From: an uncultured Chloroflexia bacterium
GTDB taxonomy: Bacteria; Chloroflexota; Dehalococcoidia; UBA2979
Direction of reading: 5' to 3'
Assembly (NCBI GenBank): GCA_963728205.1
Contig: CAVSIV010000001.1
Span: 256,001 to 320,000 of the forward strand
Length of the DNA stretch: 64,000 bases
A program made the translations under genes and the position numbers. The notes beneath the pieces are model-generated. The model saw nothing but the letters and a program-made list of their open reading frames with translations. It had not been told where the DNA came from and did not search any database. Each line of letters begins with the position of its first letter. Positions within the stretch are counted from its first letter, which is position 1. Shown here one piece after another: positions 18,863-28,117 of the stretch.

Positions 18863-20012
18863 GTCCGATCCAGCCGATGAAGATCAGCTCCGCGTTCCCC
18901 CGGACCGGGATGCGCCGCCCCTGCGCCGGGTCGACCACCACCATCGACGCCTTGCCCGGATCGCTGGAGTTCATGCCGTCGAAGGTCTGCACCGCGAGGT
19001 AGTCGCCGTCCTGGCTCCACGCCAGCGGGACATCGAAGCCCTGCGCCGGAGCCGGCAGCGCGCGCACGCTTCCGTCGAGGCCGATCACTGCGGCCGCCCG
19101 CTTCGCCGCCGGGTACGCCTCCTGCCCGACCGTCAGTGCCTCGCCGCCGGGCGTCCACACCGGGCTGTACTGCTCGCTCGCGGCCGTGGCGGCCGTGGCG
19201 GCCGGCGTCGGCAGGTTGCGCACGGCGTCGCTGGTGAGCGACACGACGTGCACGCGCTGGACGACGCGCTCCTCGAGCTGCTCCGGAGCGAGGTACGAGA
19301 GCGTGGCGCCGTCCGGCGAGAGCCGCCAGTCGCGCGCGACGTTGTCCGATGCATGGAACAGCTCCTCGGCCGGGCCGCCGGTCGCGACGCGATAGACATC
19401 CGTCCCGGCGGTCGAGAGCCGTGAGAACACCACCGCGCCGCTCGCGTCGAAGGCGATCGGATAGACGCCGAACGACGTCTGCTCGCTGTACACGACCGAC
19501 CGCACCTGCGAGTCGAGGTCCACGACGACGAGCGACTGCCGATCCTGCCGGCTGCTGCGATAGACGAGCGCTCGGCCGTCGGCGCGCAGCACGGGCTGCA
19601 CGAGGAGGTCTGCGTCGCTGGCCACGCGGGTCTGCTGCCGCGTGGCGAGGTTGGAGACCCAGAGCTCGGCGGGAGCGTCGCGCTGCGCCGGCGAATCGGG
19701 CGGGAGGACGGTGTACGCGAAGAGCGAGCCGGCCGGGGCGGGCGCGGGGTTGATGCCCCAGCCCTCGGCGTGCGGGACGGTCTGAACGAGGGTGCGCTGG
19801 GCGGGGTCGGACGCGGGGCTGGTGTAGATGTGATCGGCGCCGGAGCCGTACTCCGCGAACGCGAGCAGCGGCTGACCGCTCGCGACCTGCTGCTCGCCGC
19901 CACCGCCGCGTCGCGCCGCGCGCAGCACGAGCGCGCCGCCCGCCAGGGCGAGCAGCAGCGCGATGGCGCCAACGGACGTGAGGAGGCGGCGCAGGCGGGG
20001 TGATCTGAGCAT
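18855..20012 (-). CDS. Membrane-anchored TolB-like beta-propeller protein
   Basis: N-terminal TM helix; repeats LSPDG, PVWTPGG, AWSQDG; overlaps the start of the next gene. Confidence 0.7.
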   Translation of the reverse strand: MLRSPRLRRLLTSVGAIALLLALAGGALVLRAARRGGGGEQQVASGQPLLAFAEYGSGADHIYTSPASDPAQRTLVQTVPHAEGWGINPAPAPAGSLFAYTVLPPDSPAQRDAPAELWVSNLATRQQTRVASDADLLVQPVLRADGRALVYRSSRQDRQSLVVVDLDSQVRSVVYSEQTSFGVYPIAFDASGAVVFSRLSTAGTDVYRVATGGPAEELFHASDNVARDWRLSPDGATLSYLAPEQLEERVVQRVHVVSLTSDAVRNLPTPAATAATAASEQYSPVWTPGGEALTVGQEAYPAAKRAAAVIGLDGSVRALPAPAQGFDVPLAWSQDGDYLAVQTFDGMNSSDPGKASMVVVDPAQGRRIPVRGNAELIFIGWIGRA

Positions 20013-20249
20013 GCCGGGGGGCACTGCTGAAATGAGTCCGACACCGGGCACCCCGCCAGGTCCTGCGTCGGCGACGAGTGTGTGGTGCCCCGAACTCCCT
20101 TTCGTGTCCCCTGGGTGGTTCGCGCCGGGGCCACCCCGGCGTCACAGCCGCACCAGCATATGAATCTTCGCGCTACCGCGCACGATGCGAGAGCCCGCGA
20201 ACCGGGCGCGCGCGAGCGCTAGCGCGAAACCACGCGCTATCTTAAGCCC

Positions 20250-20993
20250 GTGATCTTTCGTTACCTCACGATCCTGACCAGCGCACCCAACGTCTTCGTC
20301 ATCATCCTGGCGGCATTCACCGTCGCGATGCTCACTGGGCTCGCGTTCCACGAGTTCTCGCACGCGCTCGTCGCAGACGAGCTCGGCGACCGCACCCCGC
20401 GCTCGTTCGGGCGCCTCACGCTCAACCCGATGGCGCACCTCGACCCCGTCGGCTCCCTGCTCATCTTCTTCATCGGCTTCGGCTGGGCGAAGCCGGTGCC
20501 GGTGAACCCCTACAACACGAGCAACCCGAAGCGGAGCATGGCGCTGATCGCCGCGGCCGGCCCGGTGTCGAACCTCGTGATGGCGGGCATCGCGTCGATC
20601 CCGATCAAGCTCGGGCTCGTGCCCTTCCTTCACCCGTTCCTCGCGACTCCGGAGATCTCGTTCTTCGTCGAGCGGTGGTCGCACTCGCCGACCGACCTGA
20701 TCGGGCTGTTCCTCGGCACGATCGTGCTGCTCAACGTGCTGCTCGCCGTGTTCAACTTCATCCCGCTGGCGCCGCTCGACGGCTTCCGCGCGGCGGTCGG
20801 TCTGCTGCCCGACGAGCTGTCCGAGCCGCTGGCGCGCCTCGAGGCGTGGGGCCCCGGCGTCCTGCTGCTGTTGATCTTCCTGCCCTTTCTCACCGGCGGC
20901 CGCTACAACCCGCTGTTCGACGTCATGGGCCCGCTCATCACCTTCTTCCTGAACCTGTTCGTGGGGCACGGTGGGGCGATTTTCCTGGGCTAG
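20250..20993 (+). CDS. Site-2 protease (peptidase M50)
   Basis: HEFSH, GRLTLNP, GWAKPVPVNP, AGPVSN, FNFIPLAPLDG. Confidence 0.93.
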   Translation: MIFRYLTILTSAPNVFVIILAAFTVAMLTGLAFHEFSHALVADELGDRTPRSFGRLTLNPMAHLDPVGSLLIFFIGFGWAKPVPVNPYNTSNPKRSMALIAAAGPVSNLVMAGIASIPIKLGLVPFLHPFLATPEISFFVERWSHSPTDLIGLFLGTIVLLNVLLAVFNFIPLAPLDGFRAAVGLLPDELSEPLARLEAWGPGVLLLLIFLPFLTGGRYNPLFDVMGPLITFFLNLFVGHGGAIFLG

Positions 20994-21513
20994 CGACGGC
21001 GCGACCGGCGCCCTCTACCGCGCGCGCCAGTTCTTCGCGGGCTTTCGCGGATGGCTGGAGCCGGCGCAGATCGGCGAGGTGCGCGACACGCTCTCGCCGC
21101 AGGAGCTCGACCTCTTCGTGCGCATGCAGGGGCGCGACCAGAAGCACTCGTTTCGCGTGCTGCGCCGGCTGCAGCGCTCCGCCGTCGAGCGCGGCCGCCG
21201 GCTGCCGCACGAGCTCGCGGTCGCGGCGCTGCTGCACGACGTCGGCAAGGGCCGGCTCGCGACGTGGCATCGCGTGGCGTTCGTGCTGCTCAACGCCGCG
21301 TCGCCGCGCCTGGCCGCTCGCCTCGAGCGCCGGGACGCCCCGGGGTGGCGCAACGCGCTGTGGCGGCTGCGCCACCACGCGCGCCTCGGCGCCGAGCGCC
21401 TTGCGGCCGCCGGCGTCGCGCCGCGCATCGTGGATCTCGTCGCAGGTCACACCGGCGACCCCGGCGACGACGCCGAGCTGGCCTGGCTGATCGAGGCCGA
21501 CTCGCGCTCCTGA
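20971..21513 (+). CDS. HD domain protein
   Basis: DQKHSFRV, ALLHDVGK, HHARLGA, IEAD. Confidence 0.8.
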   Translation: MGRFSWASDGATGALYRARQFFAGFRGWLEPAQIGEVRDTLSPQELDLFVRMQGRDQKHSFRVLRRLQRSAVERGRRLPHELAVAALLHDVGKGRLATWHRVAFVLLNAASPRLAARLERRDAPGWRNALWRLRHHARLGAERLAAAGVAPRIVDLVAGHTGDPGDDAELAWLIEADSRS

Positions 21514-21607
21514 GCGAGCCGGCGCGGCGCGTTCGCCCCCGGCGCGACCGGTGCTAGGATTCGCCCATCGACCCCCTTCGCGCCCACCACCATCCCCGGA
21601 GACGCTC

Positions 21608-22699
21608 ATGACGACGGTTGCGATCCTCGGCACCGGCCTGATCGGCTCATCGATCGGCCTCCGGCTGCGGCAGTCGTCGAGCATCCCGGAGCTCGAGGTC
21701 GTCGGCTTCGACCGCTACCGGCAGAGCCTGCAGGCCGCGCGCAAGGTGGGTGCGATCGACCGCGGCGTGGACGATCCCGCGCGGGCGGTCGAGGGCGCGG
21801 CGCTCGTGATCCTGAGCGCGCCGATCCTCTCGAACCACTGGCTGATGGAGCAGATCGCCGAGGCGCTGGAGCCGGGTGCCGTGGTCATGGACACCGGCTC
21901 CACGAAGGCCGCGACGCTGGCGCACGCGCGCAAGCACCTGCCGACGTCCGTCTCGTTCGTCGGCAGCCACCCGATGGCCGGCAAGACCGAGACCGGCGCG
22001 CAGGCGGCCGACGCCAACCTCTTCGAGGGCGCGCGCTGGGTGATCGTGCCGCCGGCGAACGTGTCGGAGCGCGCGGTGGATGCGGCCGTGCAGGTCGCCG
22101 AGAACTGCGGCGCGGAGACGATGTTCATGGACGCCGAGGAGCACGACGCCTACGTCGCCGCCATCTCGCACCTGCCGATGCTCAGCGCGATCGGCCTCTT
22201 CCGGCTCACGCGCGCATCGGAGGCCTGGCCGGAGCTGTCGCTGCTCGCCTCGGGCGGCTTCAAGGACACCACGCGGCTGGCCGGCACGGACCCCGCGATG
22301 TCCTACGACATCATCGTCACGAACCGCGAGCAGATCGCGCACTGGCTCGACCGCATGCGCGACGAGCTGCGCGAGCTGCGCGAGCGCGTGATGGATCAGG
22401 AGGGCGAGGGCGACCTCTTCAAGCTGCTCGCACAGACCGAGTTCGAGCACACCGCGTACCGCGCCGGCAAGGTCGGCCGCGACGTGAAGAACCCGATGGC
22501 CGACGCGCCGATGTTCGACTTCAGCTCGTTCATCATGGGCGAGGCGTTGAAGCAGAAGATGCACGAGATTCTCGATGAGCGAAGAAGAGCGGCTCAAGGA
22601 GCAGCAGGAGACGCGCCGCTTCCACCGCGACGTCTGACCGCGCCTTCACCGCGCCGTTCGTGCCCAGCCCGCCCACCGAGGAGCACCAGCGTCCCGTGA
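21608..22699 (+). CDS. tyrA: Prephenate/arogenate dehydrogenase (true stop probably 22637; see frameshift finding)
   Basis: GTGLIGSS, DTGSTK, SHPMAG, EHDAYVAAISHLP, GGFKDTTRLA. Confidence 0.92.
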   Translation: MTTVAILGTGLIGSSIGLRLRQSSSIPELEVVGFDRYRQSLQAARKVGAIDRGVDDPARAVEGAALVILSAPILSNHWLMEQIAEALEPGAVVMDTGSTKAATLAHARKHLPTSVSFVGSHPMAGKTETGAQAADANLFEGARWVIVPPANVSERAVDAAVQVAENCGAETMFMDAEEHDAYVAAISHLPMLSAIGLFRLTRASEAWPELSLLASGGFKDTTRLAGTDPAMSYDIIVTNREQIAHWLDRMRDELRELRERVMDQEGEGDLFKLLAQTEFEHTAYRAGKVGRDVKNPMADAPMFDFSSFIMGEALKQKMHEILDERRRAAQGAAGDAPLPPRRLTAPSPRRSCPARPPRSTSVP

Positions 22700-24015
22700 C
22701 CCTGCAGACTGCCCCCGACGACGCCCGCACCGTCCGCGCCGCCCGCCGCCTGCGCGGCGAGCTGGCGGTTCCCGGCGACAAGTCCGTCACGCACCGCGCA
22801 CTGATGTTCAACGCGCTCGCCGCGGGCGACGCGCGCATCGACGGCTTTCTCGACAGCGAGGACACGCACGCGACGATGGCGTGCCTGCGCGCCATGGGCG
22901 TGCGCATCGATGAGCCGGGGGGCGGCACGGTCATCGTGCACGGCGCCGGCCGCGCCGCGCTGCACGAGCCCGAGAACGTGCTCGACTGCGCGAACTCCGG
23001 CACGACGATGCGCCTGTTGTCGGGGCTGCTCTCCGGCCTGCCGATGCTCACGATCCTCACGGGCGACGACTCGCTGCGCCGCCGGCCGATGGCGCGCGTC
23101 GTGCGGCCGCTGAGCGAGCTCGGGGCGCGCATCACCGCGCGCGCGGAGGGCACGCTGCCGCCGATCGTGATCCAGGGCGGCCCACTCGCGGGCGGACGCA
23201 CGGTGCACACGGGCGTCGCCTCCGCGCAGGTGAAGTCGGCGCTGCTGCTGGCCGCGCTCGCCGCCGACGGGCCGGTGACCGTCGTCGAGCCGGCGCAGAC
23301 CCGCGACCACACCGAGCGCATGCTCGGCGCGATGGGGGCGCGCGTGGCGGTCGACGGCCGCGCGATCACGCTGACCGCGCCGCCGGGCGAGCTCGCGCCG
23401 GTCGACGTGCGCGTGCCCGGCGACATCAGCACCGCCGCCGCGTGGATCGTCGCGGCGACGCTGCACCCCGACGCGGAGGTCGTGCTTCGCAACGTCGGCA
23501 TCAACCCGACGCGCACGCTGCTGCTCGATGTGCTGCAGGAGATGGGCGCGCACGTCGACCTCGTCGAGGAGCGGACGGTCGGCGGCGAGCCGGTCGCCGA
23601 CCTCATCGTGCGCTCTGCGCGGCTGCACGGCGTGGAGGTCGGCGGCGAGGGCATCGCGCGCGGCATCGACGAGCTGCCGCTGATCGCGCTCGCCGGCGCC
23701 CTCGCCGAGGGCACCACCGTGATCCGCGACGCCGAGGAGCTGCGCGTCAAGGAGTCCGACCGCGTCGCGTCGACCGCCGCGGTGCTGCGCGGCTTCGGCG
23801 TGGCCGTGGAAGAGCGGCCCGACGGGATGCTCGTGCACGGCGGCGCCGTGCTGCACCCGGGGCGCGCGCGCTCGGAGGGCGATCACCGGCTCGCGATGCT
23901 GGGCGCGGTCGCCGGGCTGCTCGCGGGCGGTGAGAGCGTGATCGACGGGGCCGGGGCTGTTGCCGTGTCGTATCCTGACTTCTGGTCGGACCTGGCCCGG
24001 TTGAGCCTCGCCTGA
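22696..24015 (+). CDS. aroA: 3-phosphoshikimate 1-carboxyvinyltransferase (EPSP synthase)
   Basis: PGDKSVTHR, NSGTTMR, SAQVKS, RDHTE, ELRVKESDR, DHRLAM. Confidence 0.96.
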   Translation: MTLQTAPDDARTVRAARRLRGELAVPGDKSVTHRALMFNALAAGDARIDGFLDSEDTHATMACLRAMGVRIDEPGGGTVIVHGAGRAALHEPENVLDCANSGTTMRLLSGLLSGLPMLTILTGDDSLRRRPMARVVRPLSELGARITARAEGTLPPIVIQGGPLAGGRTVHTGVASAQVKSALLLAALAADGPVTVVEPAQTRDHTERMLGAMGARVAVDGRAITLTAPPGELAPVDVRVPGDISTAAAWIVAATLHPDAEVVLRNVGINPTRTLLLDVLQEMGAHVDLVEERTVGGEPVADLIVRSARLHGVEVGGEGIARGIDELPLIALAGALAEGTTVIRDAEELRVKESDRVASTAAVLRGFGVAVEERPDGMLVHGGAVLHPGRARSEGDHRLAMLGAVAGLLAGGESVIDGAGAVAVSYPDFWSDLARLSLA

Positions 24016-24062
24016 TCGGGTCAGGACGTGAGACCGGGCGCCGTTCTGGAGGGCCCCTCCCA

Positions 24063-24323
24063 GTGCACACCGAACTCATTCACGTGGGCTTTGACAACCA
24101 CCTCGCGCTCAATCGCGTCGTGTCTGTCGCGGCCCCCGGATCCGCTCCCGTCAAACGCATGGTGCAACGCGGCAAGGAGGCGCAGCGGGTGATCGACCTC
24201 ACCAGCGGGCGCCGCACGAAGGCCGTCGTCGTCCTCGACAACGACTGGGTCGCGCTGATCGCGATCACGCCCGAGACCTTCGCCAGCCGCGCCGCGTCGA
24301 TGCGCGCCGAGACCGCCGCCTAG
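24063..24323 (+). CDS. remA: DUF370 / RemA family protein
   Basis: LIHVGFDN, SAPVKR, IDLTSGRRTKAV; usual position upstream of gmk. Confidence 0.88.
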   Translation: MHTELIHVGFDNHLALNRVVSVAAPGSAPVKRMVQRGKEAQRVIDLTSGRRTKAVVVLDNDWVALIAITPETFASRAASMRAETAA

Positions 24324-24325
24324 CA

Positions 24326-24940
24326 TTGGGCGACGCGACCGCGATCCCGGCTCATCCGCTGGTCATCGTGCTGTCCGGCCCCTCGGGGGTCGGCAAGGAC
24401 GCGCTCATCGAACGCATGCAGGCGCGCGGCCTGCCGATCGCGCGCGCGGTCACCCTGACCTCGCGCGCCGCGCGCCCGACCGAGGTCGATGGCGTCGATT
24501 ACTTCTTCGTCTCGCGCGAGGAGTTCGAGCGGCGCATCGCCGCGGGCGACCTGATCGAGCACGCCGAGGTCTACGGCGACCTCAAGGGTCTGCCCCGCGA
24601 CCAGGTGCGGCGCGCGCTCGCGAGCGGCAGGCACGTCGTGATCCGCGTCGACGTCCAGGGGGCAGCGACGCTGCGCGGGCTCTTGCCCGGCGCGCTGTTC
24701 ATCTTCCTCGCGCCGGAGAGCGTCGATGCGCTCGAGGCGCACCTGCGCGGTCGGAAGACCGAGGATGAGGCGGCGCTGCAGCGCCGCCTCGCGATCGCGC
24801 GCGAGGAGATCGCGCAGGCGGACCGCTTCGATCACACGGTGCGCAACGTCGAAGGCGACCTCGACGCGACCGTCGACGCGGTGTGGGCGATCATCGAGCG
24901 CGAGGCCGCACGAACGGACCGCGCGCCGGTCGAGGTGTAG
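24326..24940 (+). CDS. gmk: Guanylate kinase
   Basis: SGPSGVGKD, EVDGVDYFF, DVQGA. Confidence 0.93.
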   Translation: MGDATAIPAHPLVIVLSGPSGVGKDALIERMQARGLPIARAVTLTSRAARPTEVDGVDYFFVSREEFERRIAAGDLIEHAEVYGDLKGLPRDQVRRALASGRHVVIRVDVQGAATLRGLLPGALFIFLAPESVDALEAHLRGRKTEDEAALQRRLAIAREEIAQADRFDHTVRNVEGDLDATVDAVWAIIEREAARTDRAPVEV

Positions 24941-25173
24941 CGCCGCAGTGCCGCCGCGGAACGTCGCACGCGTCGAGCGGCGCGTGCTTCGAACGTCGCG
25001 CGCTTCGAGCGGCATCCGGTGAGGATGCTGAGCTCCTGTGCCGCCAGGTCGCGCTGGGCTCCGGATCGCCTCAGCGCCTTGACCAGGCGCCGCTCGAAGC
25101 GGGCGATGCGGACGCGCGGGCGCGCGACTCAGCGCCTCCGCCGGGCGCCGCCCGCTTTGAGCGGCGCCGGGGG

Positions 25174-26040
25174 CTACCCGCCGAGGCGATCCGGGCGCAG
25201 CCGCGCCAGCGAGGCGCGCACCTCGTCGAGGTCCCGCCGGTTGGTGATCCCCGCCCACGTCGCAGGCGTGCGGGTAACGCGCACCGTGAGCGCGCCGTCG
25301 TGCATCAGCCCGCCGATCTCCGTCGGTAGCAGGCACTCCGCCGACGGGTCGTCGCGGTGCGCGGCGAGGAAGGCATCGAAGCGCGGTCGGAGCGCGTCGA
25401 AGATCGACGCGTCGAAGCCCCAGAGGTTCATCGACACCGGCGTCGCCGGGTCGAGCGGAGGGCCGCCGGGCGCGGCGATGGCGCCGTCCGGGCGCCGCGC
25501 GACGCCGTGCGTCTCGGTCAGCGCCGCGAGCACGCCGTCGCGCACGTCGCACACGCCGCGCGACACCGCGCCCTCGGGCGGCACGGTGTGCCCGAGCTCG
25601 AAGGCGACGAGCACCGCGGTTCGGGCGTCGACGGCGTCCAGGGCGCCGACCGCGGCGCCGATCGCCGCGCCGTAGTAGTCGTCCGCGTTGGCGAGCACGA
25701 ACGGGCCGTCGACGGCGGCCGCGGCAGCGAGGACGGCATGCGTCGTGCCCCACGGCTTCGCGCGCGGCGGCGGCAGCTCGTCCTGGTTCACGAGCGTGAG
25801 CGCAGGTGCATCGCGGCGGCCGGCGAGCAACGCCTCGACGTGCCCGCGGACGGCGTCGTGGATCTCGCGGCGCACGATCAGCACGACGTGCCCGACGCCG
25901 GCCGTCACCGCGTCGTGGATCGTGTAGTCGACGATCGCCTCGCCGTGCGGGCCCACGGCTTCGAGCTGCTTGAGGCCGCCGAAGCGCGAGCCGAGGCCGG
26001 CCGCCATCACCACGAGCGCGCGCCGGGCCGCGAACGTCAT
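25174..26040 (-). CDS. Sugar-phosphate nucleotidyltransferase
   Basis: MAAGLGSRFGGLKQ, KPWGT, NADDYYG, SMNLWGF. Confidence 0.85.
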   Translation of the reverse strand: MTFAARRALVVMAAGLGSRFGGLKQLEAVGPHGEAIVDYTIHDAVTAGVGHVVLIVRREIHDAVRGHVEALLAGRRDAPALTLVNQDELPPPRAKPWGTTHAVLAAAAAVDGPFVLANADDYYGAAIGAAVGALDAVDARTAVLVAFELGHTVPPEGAVSRGVCDVRDGVLAALTETHGVARRPDGAIAAPGGPPLDPATPVSMNLWGFDASIFDALRPRFDAFLAAHRDDPSAECLLPTEIGGLMHDGALTVRVTRTPATWAGITNRRDLDEVRASLARLRPDRLGG

Positions 26041-26167
26041 GCGCTGAGGTTCGCGGCCGTGCGCGCTAGCCGCCACCGCCGCGGCCCTCTGTTCGAGCGG
26101 CAGCCGGGTGGGTGCCGATCCCGCTCGCCCCTGGCTAGGATGCGAGCACCACGACGGGAGCCGCCGC

Positions 26168-26806
26168 ATGACGGGCGAGCCAGCACGCCACAGCGCCGTC
26201 GCGATCACGCGCGCCTACGCCGGCGACGCCGCCGCCTACGCGGCGTTCAATGCCGACCGCTCGTTCGCCGAGCCGCTGCTCGACCTGCTCGCGGCCGCGC
26301 TCCCGCCGGGCGGCGCCGTCGTGGATCTCGGCTGCGGCCCCGGCTGGGAGACCGCCGCGCTCGCGCGCCGCGGCCTGCGCGCGCTCGGCCTCGACCTCAC
26401 GCGCGACTTCGTCGCCTTCGCCGCGCGCGAGCACCCCGCCGCCGGCTGCGTGCAGGGCGACTTCCTCGCCCTGCCGTTCGCGGACGGCGCGCTCGACGGT
26501 GCGTGGGCATGCTCCTCGCTCGTCCACCTGCCGAGCGCGCGCGTCGACGACGCCCTCGCCGAGATCCGCCGCGTGCTGCGACCCGGGGGCGCGTTCTTCG
26601 CGTCGATGCAGGCCGGCGCCACGGAGGGCGAGATCCCCAGCGTGAGCTTCCCCGGCAAGCGCTACCACTACGCGTTCTACGACCCGGCGGACTGGCGGGC
26701 GCGCCTCGAGCGCGCCGGCTTCGCGGTGCTCTCGTGGAACGAGCACCCGGGGACGACGAACCCGGGGGCGACCGGCTGGATCGAGTCGCTCGTCCGCCGG
26801 ACCTGA
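26168..26806 (+). CDS. Class I SAM-dependent methyltransferase
   Basis: VVDLGCGPG, LPFADGALDGAW, RVLRPGG. Confidence 0.9.
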   Translation: MTGEPARHSAVAITRAYAGDAAAYAAFNADRSFAEPLLDLLAAALPPGGAVVDLGCGPGWETAALARRGLRALGLDLTRDFVAFAAREHPAAGCVQGDFLALPFADGALDGAWACSSLVHLPSARVDDALAEIRRVLRPGGAFFASMQAGATEGEIPSVSFPGKRYHYAFYDPADWRARLERAGFAVLSWNEHPGTTNPGATGWIESLVRRT

Positions 26807-26895
26807 GCGGGGCGCGCGGGGTGCGCGCGCCCGGTATGCTGCGTCGACGCGGCCGCGGGCGGCCGCGAGCGCGCGTCCGAACCCGCGGAGTGACG

Positions 26896-27588
26896 ATGGA
26901 CTCTCTCGACGTGATCCGCGCCCGTCTCGGCAAGATGACGGAGCGCATCCTCTTCCGCCTCGCCGACCGCGCGGGCTTCCCGCTCAACGCCGCGGTCTAC
27001 GAGCCGGGCGCCGTGCCGATCGTCGGCCGCGCCGGCGTCTCGTTCATGGAATTCGCCGTCGAGGGCCTCGAGGCCTATCACGCATCGCTCGGCCGCTACG
27101 AGTACCCCGACCAGCACGCGCTGACGCGCGCCGCGCGCCCGAACTCCGCCGCGCGTCGCGAGATCGGCGTGCCGGCGCTGCCGCACGTCGACATCGACCT
27201 CAAGGACCGCCTCTTCCGCTTCTACCGGGACGACGTCCTGCCGCGCCTGTGTGCGCCGGAGGCCGACCCGAACACCTACGGCGAGACGGCCTACCTGGAC
27301 GCGGACGTACTCGAGTTGATCCACGAGCGGATCAACCTGGGCCGCTACGTGGCACGCGCGAAGTTCGAGACGACGCCGCAGATGCGCGACCCGTCCCTCT
27401 CCGCCGAGCTGTTGATTGCGCTGTTGCGCGACCCGGCGCAGGAGGAGCGCATCCTCGCCGGCGTGCGGCGCGACGCGCAGCGCTACGGCGTCGACGTTGC
27501 GGTCGCCGAGCGCGTGTTCCGGTGGATCATCGAGCAGACGATCGACGTCGAGGTGGCGTACCTGCGTGCGCTGCCGTCGCTGACGTAG
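26896..27588 (+). CDS. Chorismate mutase, eukaryote-type (ARO7-like AroQ)
   Basis: LDVIRARL, ERINLGRYVARAKF, QEERIL and QTIDVEVAYL parallel recalled yeast/plant CM motifs (RRIHFGKFVAEAKF, TKEVEVEYL). Confidence 0.8.
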   Translation: MDSLDVIRARLGKMTERILFRLADRAGFPLNAAVYEPGAVPIVGRAGVSFMEFAVEGLEAYHASLGRYEYPDQHALTRAARPNSAARREIGVPALPHVDIDLKDRLFRFYRDDVLPRLCAPEADPNTYGETAYLDADVLELIHERINLGRYVARAKFETTPQMRDPSLSAELLIALLRDPAQEERILAGVRRDAQRYGVDVAVAERVFRWIIEQTIDVEVAYLRALPSLT

Positions 27589-27605
27589 CGCGACACCCGT
27601 TTCCG

Positions 27606-27635
27606 TTGACATAGGATCCCGCCCCCCCGTACCGT
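27606..27635 (+). promoter_or_regulatory. Sigma70-type promoter of the trp leader
   Basis: TTGACA (27606-27611), 18-nt spacer, TACCGT (27630-27635), directly upstream of the T-box. Confidence 0.65.
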
Positions 27636-27659
27636 CGGTGCTCATACTTTCGGCGTAGA

Positions 27660-27953
27660 TGACTGACGTCGAACGGGAGTAGTACGCCGCCACGCGGGGC
27701 CCAGAGAGCCGGGGATTGGTGGAAACCCGGCGCCCGACGAGCAGCGGCCGAATGGACCCGGGAGTCTCGACCCGAACCGGCGCCCCGCGGGGCCCGCAGT
27801 AGGCGTCGACGGTGCGGGCGCCGTTATCCAGGCCCAGGACATCGCCCCCGGCAACGGGAGGCCGTGTCCCGCATGAGTCCCCCCGGCGACGGGCGGGAAG
27901 AGTGGGTGGCACCGCGAGGACCATCGCCCCACGGGCGATGGTCCTTTTGTTTT
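27660..27953 (+). ncRNA. T-box riboswitch with Trp (UGG) specifier
   Basis: AGAGAG bulge (~27703), GGTGGAA distal loop (~27718), GAA-TGG specifier (TGG 27753-27755), AGTA and CCGTTA elements, T-box AGTGGGTGGCACCGCG (27901-27916); upstream of trpE. Confidence 0.92.
27917..27953 (+). terminator. Intrinsic terminator of the T-box leader
   Basis: 13-bp perfect stem AGGACCATCGCCC-cac-GGGCGATGGTCCT followed by TTTGTTTT. Confidence 0.9.
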
Positions 27954-27988
27954 GGGTGTGAGCAGACAGCGACCAGAGGAGAGCGGAG

Positions 27989-28117
27989 ATGTCGAACTTC
28001 AGCGCGCAGCATGGCCGGGCGGACCGCATCGAGCGGGGCCGCTGGTGGCGGCGCGCGCTTCGCGGCTCCCCCACCGCTGCCGGCGACCGCGGACGCGGGG
28101 CGTGCCGTGCTCGGTGA
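27989..28117 (+). CDS. Putative Trp-Trp leader peptide (42 aa)
   Basis: AGGAGAGCGGAG then ATG; MSNFSAQHGRADRIERGRWWRRALRGSPTAAGDRGRGACRAR*; stop lies inside the 5' end of trpE. Confidence 0.55.
   Translation: MSNFSAQHGRADRIERGRWWRRALRGSPTAAGDRGRGACRAR

Noticed and set aside
27864-28106. N-terminal extension of TrpE given by the ORF track
   Set aside because: It runs through the T-box and terminator; TrpE similarity begins near 28107.
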